From the NCBI RefSeq assembly GCF_009914755.1, contig NC_060940.1: a stretch of 64,000 nt of DNA; one strand, given 5' to 3'. Source of the stretch: the human T2T-CHM13v2.0 reference genome, Homo sapiens. The stretch's first letter is position 1. Every line of letters begins with the position of its first letter. The position numbers and the translations under genes were made by a program. The notes beneath the pieces are model-generated. The model had not been told where the DNA came from. It saw only the letters and a program-made list of their open reading frames with translations, and ran no database searches. Of the stretch, positions 53,170-64,000 are shown one piece after another.

Positions 53170-55830
53170 CTTATTAGAGAATTCCATTTCAGCATGATAG
53201 AAAAGGAGCTCTACAGATGTGCTTTCCAGTGAAACTGGTGAAAATTATAAATGGAAAAACATTTAAAGATTCTGGAAATGGATCTGGAGGCAAGCAGCAA
53301 ATAAAGAACCATTTATTCAAGAAAATCGACTAGAGCTTGGTAAGAATGGTAAGACTCTGGTGCATGAACAAGAACCCACTCCCATCCTTCCTTGTCTCAG
53401 CTCAGTGAGGTAGAAACTTTACTCCAAACTGGTTTAGCCAAGAACACAGGGGTCCCTCTCCCTGCAGCGAGCAGTTGGAGGACGATTTTCTGGGGGAAAG
53501 GTGGGACGTCAGACATTCTCATTCTGTTCCTAGTTACTTACTGTTCAAGCTAAGTTCTAAGTCAGTATGGTCAAGAGGCAGGGACTCTTTTCTTCCTCCT
53601 GGTCCCTACTCATGGGAGAGAGGCTCTAGCTGGGCACTGTGCCACTGAGAATATGGAGCCTCAATCGCCCTTTCTCTAGCCCACCGTACACTGGGAGAGG
53701 CAAGCCAAAAAGACTTGAGGCTATTTTTTCCCCCAGCATCATATGCTCTGCCCTAAGGTTTAGCTGTCCCTCAGAGAAACATGCCATAATCTTCACACCA
53801 GCTCCAGAGCCAATAGCTCAGGATTTTGCCCAGGGGGGTGGAAAGCAGGGAATCTTGGAAAGAGAGAGCCTCTGGAGCCCACTTGGGTCAGAACTAATCT
53901 GAAACTCTGACCTAGGAAACTATTCTTTCAAAGGAGATCAAATTTGAATGGACTGGTCTGTAGAGTAATTTAGGTTCCAAGGCAGCCTTACAAACAATAC
54001 AGAAATCCTGTTGGAAATTAGTGGAATTCAACAGCTAGACATGGTCAGGGGAAAAGGCAATCAAGGAGAGCCCTGCCCAAACAATTGTAATTCTAAAGTG
54101 ACTGTGGACATACCCATGCTTGAGATTCCCTGAAGTGAAACATCATGGGTTTAATACCACAGAGGGGGAAATAGACTTCACTAAAACAACCCAGCCAGTC
54201 ATTAAACAAATAAGCAAATAAAATAAGCCTTCAGAGGACAGTTCCCAGTTTTGCTATATTATCTAAAATGCCTAGTTTCCAACAGAAGATTATGAGACAT
54301 GCAAAGAATGAAGAAAATATGACCCACAGCAGAAAAACAGCTGGCAAAAAGAAAAAGCCCATGAGAGGGACAATAAAAAATTAACTAGAGTGACTAAACA
54401 GTAGACTTGAATTGGCAAAAGAAATGATTAGTGAACTCAAAGATAGAACAATAAAGAGTACACAAACTAAAGAATAGAGAGAAAAAAAGAATAAAGAGAA
54501 ATAAGCAGAGCCTCAAAAAAATGTATAACACCATTAAGTGCACCAACAAATGTGCAGTGAGTGTACTAGGGGAAGAGAAGGAGAAAGAAACAGAAAAAAT
54601 ATCATTGAAAACCTGAATTAAAAAAAATAGTCTATACATCCAGAAAGCTCAGGGAACTCCAAGAACACAAACACAAAGATATTCATAAATAGACACATCA
54701 TAGTGAAAACACGGAAAGCCAAAACCAAGTAGAACATGTTAAAAACAAGAGAAAATTGACTCATCACTTAACAGCAAAAATTTCATAGAAACAATGAAGG
54801 CCAGACGGACGTGGGATAACATATTCAAAATGCTCAAGGAAAAAAATTGTCAACCAACAATCATATTCAGCAGAGCTATCTTTCAAAATAAATATGTATA
54901 TGAAATAAAGATATTCTCGGATGGACAAAAAAATGAGAGAATTTGTCACCAGCAGGCATGTTTACTAAGAAATACTAAAGGAAGTTGTCTTCAGACTGAA
55001 AGCAAATGACCCCAGATGGTGACTCAAATCCACATTAAAAATAAAAAGAGTATCAGAGACAATAAGTATCTACTTAAAAAAGACAATATAAATGCATAGT
55101 TTTTCTCCTTTTTTGTCTTAACTGTTTTACAAAGCAATTGTATAAAACAATTATGTTTTTCAGCATAAAATATCTATTTTTTGAGCATAAAATATCTAGA
55201 AATTAAAAAGTAATAGTGGCATACTCTAATATCTCACTTTCAATAATAAATAAAACAACGAGGCAGAAATCAAGGTAGAAGGTAGAAGACTTGAAAAACA
55301 ATACAAACTATACCTAACACTGTGGAACACTCAACAACTGTATAATAAATATTCTTGTTAAGTGAACTTAGAACAGTCTGCACTGTGAACTATATGCTAG
55401 GCCATAAAACAAACCTCAATACATGATAGAATGATAGAACTAATCCAAAGTAGGTTGTCTGACCACAGTGGAATGAAACTAATAATAGGAAGAAATTTGG
55501 GACACTCATAGACATGTAGAAATTAAATAATGCACTCTTAAATAGCCAATAGATCAAAGAAGAAAGCAAAAGGGAAATTTAAAAAAATTATGAAACAAAT
55601 ATAAATAAAGATACAATGAATCAAAATGTGTGAGTTGCAACTAAGTGAGTCCTTAGAGGGAAATTTATAGCTTTAAATATCTGTATTAAAAAAGCAGAAA
55701 GCTCTCAAATCAATAACCTAATTTTTCACCATCAGCCATATAAAAAGAAGAGCAAAATAAGCCTAAGGCAATCAGAAGAAAGGAAATAAGGATTTAAAGA
55801 GCAAATTAGTAAAATAGGGAATAGAAAAAT
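53170..55830 (+). mobile_element. Old L1M 5' region/ORF1/start of ORF2, nested in an older antisense L1ME-like element
   Basis: gaaacaatgaaggccagacggacgtgggataacatattcaaaatgct (ORF1-like); ccttagagggaaatttatagc and ctcaaatcaataaccta (ORF2-like); antisense L1 remnants on both flanks. Confidence 0.75.
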
Positions 55831-56689
55831 ATATCTGATCATATTGGGGGTATTTCTATATAGTCACACATTCTCTGCAAATAAAGGATTTTATTCATTC
55901 CTTTTCAAGTATTATTGTTTTCATTTTTTAAAAAAAATCTTAGTACACTAATGAGAACTTCTAATACAATTTTGAGTACAAGAAGTTATAGTAGGCACCT
56001 TTACTTTGTTTCTGATTTTTTTAAAAAAGAAAAAGCCTTTTGACTTTCAACAATTGGGAAGAGGATCAATGGTGTTTCTTGGAAGATTTTTTAATTGTCT
56101 GTTTACATGCACTCTTTTTTTTTTTTACTTTAGTTTTACTTTAGTTTTTTTTTTTTTTTTTGGTTAATTTGTTTGTTTGTTTTATTTGCTGTCAATAGTG
56201 TAAAAGGAAAGAACAGTCATATAAGTGATAGTATCTTGGCTGTTCACTACCTCTAAACTTGGCTTCAATTTTACTCATACGTTATTCAACAATCTTCTTT
56301 TCAGTCTTTCATGTTTTCATTGTGTATCATCTTCTTGTCTCTGAATCTTAGCCTGCCCTCTCCCCTTATAGCTTCCGCTTATTGTTTTTATTGCATTTGT
56401 TTTATCTTTTTGAGCAGAGTAAACAGAGAGTGTGTCCTAATAATGAGATGTTAGATACAAGAGAGAAATTTTTCTAGAAGTAAAAAATATATGAAAAAAG
56501 AGAGGAAATGATCACTGAATCCATAGTTACATACTACATTATTTTAAAAAAAGAAATCTCTTGAAGTTGAGGGTAAAACAACAGTTTCCAAAAGATAGAA
56601 GGATATGCTGACAAGATCAATTTAAGAAATGGGCCGATCAGTATCAATTGCAATTCTCTAGTGGATAGAAAATACTTAAAAAAATAAAG

Positions 56690-56920
56690 AATAACAATAT
56701 AATAATTAAAACAATGCAAATTAAAAATACAATCAACTATATCTATATATAGTAACTATATTGCATTAGGTATTATAAGTAATCTAGAGGTGGTTAGACG
56801 TATATGGTAGGATGTACATAGAGTATGTGTAAATACTATGCCATTTTATGTAAGAGACTTTGTGCACCCATGGATTTTGATATCCACAGGAACCAATCCC
56901 CAGTCTATACCAATAAGCAA
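56690..56920. mobile_element. MER2/Tigger3-type DNA transposon fragment
   Basis: ttaggtattataagtaatctagag...catggattttgatatcc...ggaaccaatcccc. Confidence 0.8.
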
Positions 56921-59077
56921 ATGTATTCATATTCCCCATCATTTCTCCCAGTTAGGGATTTTCCTGTTTCCTCATTCTTTTGTAATGCTTTACAGATAAA
57001 TAATATACCAAGAAAAAAGAAAAACTCAATTTTCAGGAGCTTGCTTTATTCTTCATACCCAGTTGTTTATGACTGACTTTTGTACAAAAGATCTTCATGG
57101 GGACTTAAAGTGGGCTAAGAGCACCAGTCATGCATCCAATGACAATATTCCTAAAGTGGTAGTAGAATTGAGTTTCCTTCTCCTTGGCTGAGAAATACAA
57201 GGTATGTGCCAAGTAAATAGTAAAGAAGAGACCAAATGAACAAGAGCTCTTTTCAAGTACGTAGACTTGCTTAGTTTCAGGCAGCAGAGTACAGTTATGT
57301 AAATATGTATGAACTTTTATTCAGATTATGATAACAGATTGATTATGAACAAAAATATTTAGTTTTATTCTTAGTTTTGTGTAATTGTGTTTTTCAAGTA
57401 ATTTGTTAGGTTTTTACTGAATGTTATGAGACAATGCTAAAGGCAGTCATCTTACAATTAATCCTTTATAATGTTTATGCATTACTCTTGTGAAGTTTTA
57501 GAAAAAAATAGATACTGTTAAATAAAATGTATATGTTTTATTTCATTAAAATATAAGCCCCTTGAGGCCGACTTGCCTTAGTCACAGTTCTACTCCCAGT
57601 CTGTAGCACAGGACTTGGCATAGAGCAGGAATCCTCATAACATTGGTACCATTGTTTAACCCACTTCTATTTGGAATGGTTTCAGTTTTAAGGAACTGAA
57701 CACCTAACTGATTCATTAGAACTAAGAAATATTTTTAAAAGTTAGAAAATGAGACAGCAATGAATATCTATCTGTCTGTCTACATACCTAACTACCTATC
57801 TATCCATCTCTCTAATCTTATAAGAATTCCTGTTACCGAACAAAACCAAAATTGAGTAAACACATTATTCTGGAAAAATTATATCAAATAGAAATGGATA
57901 ATAGATAAACATGTATAACTATATATATGTGTGTGTATGTGTGTCTTGAGGGGGAGGGAAACAAGGAAGAGAGAGAGTACATTTAGAATTTCTGCACTTG
58001 ATTACACATTAGAGATTTGAGTTTCTTCCCCCAAGGTCTGCATGGTTTAGCCTCTGTCTTGTTCTCCAGCTTCATGTGCTGCCACTCTTCTTTCTCTGTA
58101 TGTTCCAGATATCCTGGCCTTTTCTGAGTCAAACATCTTCCCTCCTCAGGGCTTTCATATTTGCTCTTTATTCTGCTTGATAATCTCTCTACCTCCCCTT
58201 AGCCATAATTTGAATTGTGAAGATGTATGTATTCTTTATATCGATGCTCAAATATCACTTCTTTCTGTATAATTTCTTTCATAAATTGTCCCCAATATCT
58301 CCAGATAAATGAGTTACATGATGTTACAAAAATCTTTATATTTTTATCAAAACACTATTACAAAGAAATGATAGAGTAACGGAGATAAGACAGACATTAG
58401 AGGTACAGAAATAAACTCAGAAACTTCCGAGTAACAAATAACCAATTGCAGATGCATAATGAGTTTTCAGCAAATATTTGCTGAATAAATAAATGAATAA
58501 GTAACCATAAGCTATATTTTGTGGGCTTAAATTTATTTCCCTTCATGTTATTTGTTGTAAATAGTTATATGTGGTTTAAAATAAATCAGAGAGAGGGAGA
58601 GTTCAATTTCAGGCTATTGGAAAGCATATATATCCTGGGTTTGTGTATGAAAATTTAAGAGAAATATTGATGGTTTCCAAGCCTTTCTCTGGGCATGACT
58701 CATATCATGAAACATGAGCAATAAACTGAGGGCGCTTAGGTTCAGATAGAAAGAGGCTTTAGAGAGGAAAAAAAATCCAACTTTTATTAAAATATTGAGA
58801 ATACCATCATGTTAAAGAGGTGCATACCAGAATTCTATTTTACTGAAGTGAAATTGGATATATTAGTCCTATATTCAGAGAGGGGCACACAGATTGAACA
58901 ATTATCTCCTATAGTTAGTCAAGGAGAAATTTCTTCTTTGATTATTGATATTTCGTCCTTGAAGCATTTGGAGTTGGAAATCAAGGGATATTCTTTCACA
59001 CAACATTAATATAACATATCATTTTTCTTGTAGCAAACAAGGAAGTATTCGTTATCAACTAAATACGTAAATAATTC

Positions 59078-59335
59078 TTCTGTTGAAGCTATAACCCTCA
59101 GTTTGCCTGCATTTGGAGATGGGGCCTCTACAGAAGTAATTAAGGTTACATAAGGTCATAATGGTGAGGCTCTAATCCAAGAGAAATAGTGTCCTTATAA
59201 GAAGAGACACTAAAGACCTTCTGCTAGCTGTTTCTCTCTGTGGGCACACAAAGAAGAGCTCATGTGGGCTCAGCCACATACAAGCAAAGAGAAGATCCCT
59301 CAGAATGAAAACTACCTTGCATACCCCACACTTAC
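59078..59335 (+). mobile_element. MaLR LTR fragment (MLT1A/MST-like)
   Basis: atttggagatggggcct...taattaaggtta...gtgtccttataagaagagacac. Confidence 0.75.
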
Positions 59336-59364
59336 AGTCCATGAAAAATTAAAAAGTCTATTTA

Positions 59365-59738
59365 AAGAAAGTGTGGCACATATACTCCATGGAATACTAT
59401 GCAGCCATAAAAAAGAATGAGTTCACAAAAAATGAGTTTCTGAGCAAACTAACACAGGAACAGAAAACCAAACACCGCATGTTCTCACTCATAAGTGGGA
59501 TTTGAACAATGAGAACACATGGACACAGGCAGGGAAACATCACACACCAGGGCCTGTCAGGGGGTGGGGGGCAAGGGGAGAGAGAGTGTTAGGACAAATA
59601 CCTAATGCACACAGGGCTTAAAACCTAGAAGACAGGTTGATGGGTGCAGCAAACCACCATGGCACATGTATATCTATGCAACAAACCTGAACGTTCTTCA
59701 CATGTATCCCAGAACTTTAAGTTTAAAGAAAAAAAAAC
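59365..59738 (+). mobile_element. L1PA7/8-like 3' end
   Basis: gtggcacatatactccatggaatactatgcagcc...catgtatcccagaact plus A tail. Confidence 0.92.
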
Positions 59739-59807
59739 AGATAGACTGTGCCTATCTGGATAACTCTTCACTTTTATCTGTGTAATTTATCCCACAGTCT
59801 GAATTTA

Positions 59808-59945
59808 TTTTCCTTCCTTCCTTCCTTCCTTCCTTCCTTCCTTCCTTCCTTCCTTCCTTCCTTCCTTTCCCTCCTTCCTTCCTTCTCTCCTTCCCTCCCT
59901 CCCTCCCTCCTTCCTTCCTTCCTTGCCTCTTTCCTTTCTTTTATT
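59808..59945. repeat. (TTCC)n microsatellite
   Basis: Seen directly. Confidence 0.93.
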
Positions 59946-59956
59946 TCTTTCAGTTA

Positions 59957-60233
59957 TAGTAGTCCTCCCTTATCACAGTTTCATTTTCCATGGTTTCCGT
60001 TACTCACAGTCAGCCATAGTCTGAAACTATGAAATGGAAGATGCCAGAAATAAACAATTCATAAATTTTAAATTGTGCACTGTTCTCAGTAGCATGATGA
60101 AATCTTTCTCTGTCCCTCTCAGTCCCACCTGGGATGTAAATCGTCCCTTTTTCCGGCATATCCATGCTGTATGTACTCCCTGCCCTTTAGTCACTTAGCA
60201 ATAATTTTGGTTCAGGTTGAAAAAACACAGCAC

Positions 60234-60282
<49 letters not shown>

Positions 60283-60368
60283 GTATATGGTTTGGTATTA
60301 TCTGTGGTTTCAAGCATCCAGTCTGGGTTTGGAACATATCCCCTGCAGATGAAAAAGGGAAATACTCT
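59957..60368. mobile_element. MER44 (Tigger7-derived) with internal (TG)n(TA)n
   Basis: tagtagtcctcccttatc...ccagaaataaacaattcataaattttaaattgtgc...ggaacatatcccctgcagat. Confidence 0.8.
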
Positions 60369-61639
60369 ATTCTCTTTGTATGTTTAATAAAACAGGATTG
60401 GCCATTATTATTACTGTTAGTGTTTAAATATCTCAAGTTCTTTCCACATATTTTTTAGATAGAATAAAACAGGCAAACCCAAATTCTCTATTTGTTTTAG
60501 TGTACTTCATCTGTTGCCCTGATACAGAAATGTTACTTTGGACTAGATCCTATTTATTTAAAATTATTGAGCTATGACTTTTGGTTGTCCTTTTAGATGC
60601 AAACAAGAAGAAAAAGGAGGCAGAGTTAATGAAGGCACTTGCCAGGCAAATATTTATGGCAAAATAAATAGATGAAGAGAAGATCAGTAGGTATTGTGCC
60701 TTGCGAGAAATGTTGCCTGACATTTGACTTGCAAATTTATTTCAAATTTTCTTGGTTAAGTCAAATGAAATAAAAATGATAAGAAGGTCAAAACAAAGAA
60801 AAAAATGCCACTGTGTTTAGTAGGTATGGACAAGAGATTTAATTAAGTTCTTATCACCGTGTTGTGTCTGTTGTTTATTTATAAAAACCCAGCAAAGCAA
60901 TAAAAATACCAAATCCAGAAATTTTCAGCATATTAGAAGGATATATGTACAGTAGTATCCAATATTTAGGAATATGAACAAATATTATAGCATCCACACT
61001 TCATTTATACCTTTCTACTCTAAATAATGAGTCTTGTTGGAAACAGTTGCAGTGTAATGAATTAATAAAAACTAAGTCTTTGTGAAGCCAGTCTCCTTCA
61101 GTACCATTATAACTTCCTACATAATTAATTGAAAGTGTACCAACATACTAAATCTGCCACGAGCAACTGGATATTCTAAGCCACCTAATTAGATCGTTGG
61201 CTTATTTGTGACTGCTTTCCATTTTCTCATTAGATTTTCTGTCATGCCACCTGATGTCAATAATCTCCATTTTTTTGGAGTGTTGACTCATTACCAAATA
61301 TTATAATATTTAGTAATGTGGTATATCTAGCCATAAAATATTGGAGCAAGGTCCACTTTGGCTTTGGAAAAAAAAAATCAACATCATGGTGGATTCCTGT
61401 GGAAGTTCCTAGACTAACACCAAACTGAATGTTTACCCAACAATTTACAATTATACACAAAATGAATTAGAACATTTTAATACAGAAGATCACTTGGCAG
61501 GCTCTTTCTGCACTGTAACCATCTAGCAGTAGAGTTCTGTAAATATCTGCATGATTGTCATTTTGGAGTGAAAATGGACAGAGAGTGGGCTGTGCTATTC
61601 ACTTTAAAAAACCCAGGAGTCATCAAGTGATCTATGAAA

Positions 61640-61810
61640 CTTAAGCAGAGAATGGATTCTCCTCTAGAGTTTTTGAGGAGAGCATGGCCCTGCCCACACC
61701 TTGATTTCAGATTTCCAGCCTCCAGAAACTCTAAGAGAATAAGCATCTGTTGTTTTACACTTTCCAGTTTGGGATTATTTGTTACGGCATCCCTAGAAAA
61801 TAAATGCAAT
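61640..61810 (+). mobile_element. MLT1B/C LTR 3' fragment
   Basis: gagcatggccctgcccacaccttgatttcagatttccagcctccagaaact. Confidence 0.8.
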
Positions 61811-64000
61811 AAGAAAATCTGATTACATATATTTATGATTTACTGAGTCACAGCAAGGCATTCTTATTCCCATTTTACTTATGAGGAACAAAGTTTTTGA
61901 AAGATAAAATGAGATGTTCAAGGTTTCTCAGCTGGAGGCTAAAAATTACAACCTAGTTCAGTGTATTTTCTACACTCTGCCTTTGTCACCTTAACAAAAA
62001 TTACCTCAAAAAACAAGGGAACATAGACTCTAAGACATTTTTATTAAAGCTCAAGGATAAGAGAAAAACATATATGGAGGGAAGTTTTTCCATGTTATGA
62101 CACCTTTATTAGAGACAACAAAAAGCGAAGTGGACAAGGCAACTGGTGGACAAGAGTATAGTATTTGATTAAAAATATATCCAACACTATACTCTATAGA
62201 TCTAAATTCCATACTTTGAGCCTCAACGTAACGGAGCATAGCATACCATAACACAGCAGAGCAGAGCATAACCATGAATTAATTATGAAAAAGTTATCAT
62301 TTTTGGTATGAGAGAGGAATGCAAGTATCACAGAATCCAAGTTGCATGCTAGATTCAATCACAGTGCCCAAGGTCTGGTGTGTTTGATGATTTTTTTCTC
62401 TGCTCTTAATTAGTATGCTTGCTCTTACTCAAAATGCTCCACGCACCTTTTGCAGATCCCTTAATGCTCAGAGGAAAGGCAGGTTTATTCCACCTCAGGC
62501 ATTGGGGAATGAGGGATGAAGACTAATATTACTTTCATTTTATCTGAGGAATGCTTGCATTAACTAACCCACTAAAGTGAAAACTATTCCAATAAACAAT
62601 TTCTATTGTGTTTGAATGAAAATTTTAAAGCTTTTATAAATATCAACAGATCTAGAAAGAATATTTTATCTATTTGGATTTATGAAGAAGGGTAAAAAAT
62701 GCATTTTGTCAGCACATAAACCACTTAGGAAAAAAAAAAAACAAACACACACCAAGGCCTTTAGTGGAATTTCTTGTGACAATTTGAGAAAACAACCTAA
62801 TAGCAGGTAAATATCCAGACATTAGAAAGCTTGCATTATCAGAAGAGCAAATTCCCTACCATGTCTCTATGAATTGAATAGGTGCCTCTAAATATTTAAG
62901 AAACTGGAAAAAGACAGATTAATTCATTTTGTACTTGAGCTTATAAATGTGTGCTCATTAACACATTTGATATAAAGAGTAGTTGAGCCAAAGAGTAAAA
63001 TTGTTTTAAAGCACTAGTTTAAGTGAAGTACACAGTGTTTTCAAAATATTGAAATCTTTAATACTGTGAATAGAGAGCTGAAGATATGAAAGAAACTATA
63101 GTACCAAAGGTAGTGTGTTTTCTAAATAACTTGCTTTGATTTGTAGGTCAAATATCCCTGAACATAATCATTTTGTTGAATCTCGTGATCTCCCTGAAGA
63201 TTTTGCATTCACACATATGAAAATAAGACATAACGTGCTTCATCAGGCAAGCCACCAAATGTAGTACAAATCCAACTTTCCTTGCCATCAGCTATACCTC
63301 CATCTTAAATTCTTTCAAGTCTACTTTGACACATTTAATTAATTCCACCTTCAGTTATTTAGCATCTGCTATCTATAAGACGTCACTGGCACAGGAAAGT
63401 CTTCCTCAACACACATCCCACCCAGCATGCCGCAATACAGTGGTGTGTGTTGCTTTTCTGTTTCACCAACTGTAAGATCTTTGGATGCAGAAAGTTTGCC
63501 TTTTTAGTACGTGCATCCTAGAATCTGTTATATGTGTCACTATAAAGAAATCTCTATGGTAAGATTTCAATTAATCCTTGATGAAGGAACAGATAGATAG
63601 TTCGGTAAGTGAGGAAAATGATTACGCATTTCAAGAAACTTCTTACCCAGAAGGAGAAAACAGACTCTAACTAGTCAAAATATCAGTCAGTTGATGGTTT
63701 ATCCTCTTGTGGTGATCCTTGCCTTTCTAGTCTCTGCTCCCATACACTGTGGTCCGCTATGCCATTTGTATCTCGATTTAAATTTCTACCATCAGATACG
63801 AATGAGAGAATGCCTTAAGAAAGGAGTGGCTCAGTCAAGAAGAAAAAGCTAGTTTGTTACCGGGACAAAACACAGAGAACAGCAGTCCTTCATCTCTCTG
63901 CACCTCCCATCTTTCTGTTCTATAACATTTTCTCGTTAGCGTTTTTCTCTAACCTCTTTACAAACTGTTAACCTGATTTGCATTCTGATTTCAAATAACA

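Noticed and set aside
54794-55009. ORF resembling L1 ORF1p C-terminus
   Set aside because: Decayed fragment of an old L1, not a host gene.
63641-63650. Strong minus-strand donor TGG|GTAAGA in the upstream intron
   Set aside because: No convincing acceptor or cadherin-like frame within exon distance.

Overview
Primate (almost certainly human) genomic DNA containing the 3' end of the type II classical cadherin gene CDH8 on the minus strand. Two coding exons are present: a 252-nt penultimate exon (49527-49778; end of EC5 and most of the TM helix) and the terminal exon (CDS 47665-48158; p120- and beta-catenin-binding tail). A probable ~6.3-kb 3'UTR with several poly(A) signals follows (distal AATAAA at 41327-41332). 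49779-64000 is upstream intron. 1-41300 is repeat-rich downstream DNA (Alu, L1, L2/MIR, MaLR/ERV LTRs, hAT/Tc-mariner elements, microsatellites). All other ORFs in the track look like noise. I see no clear new biological system. The best leads are three sequence-encoded routes to an altered CDH8 tail: a candidate 80-nt poison exon, intronic polyadenylation, and stop-codon readthrough adding a PDZ-type end. Also notable are a templated duplication with a fold-back hairpin and two twin-primed L1 insertions. Repeat subfamily calls are from memory of consensus sequences and boundaries are approximate.
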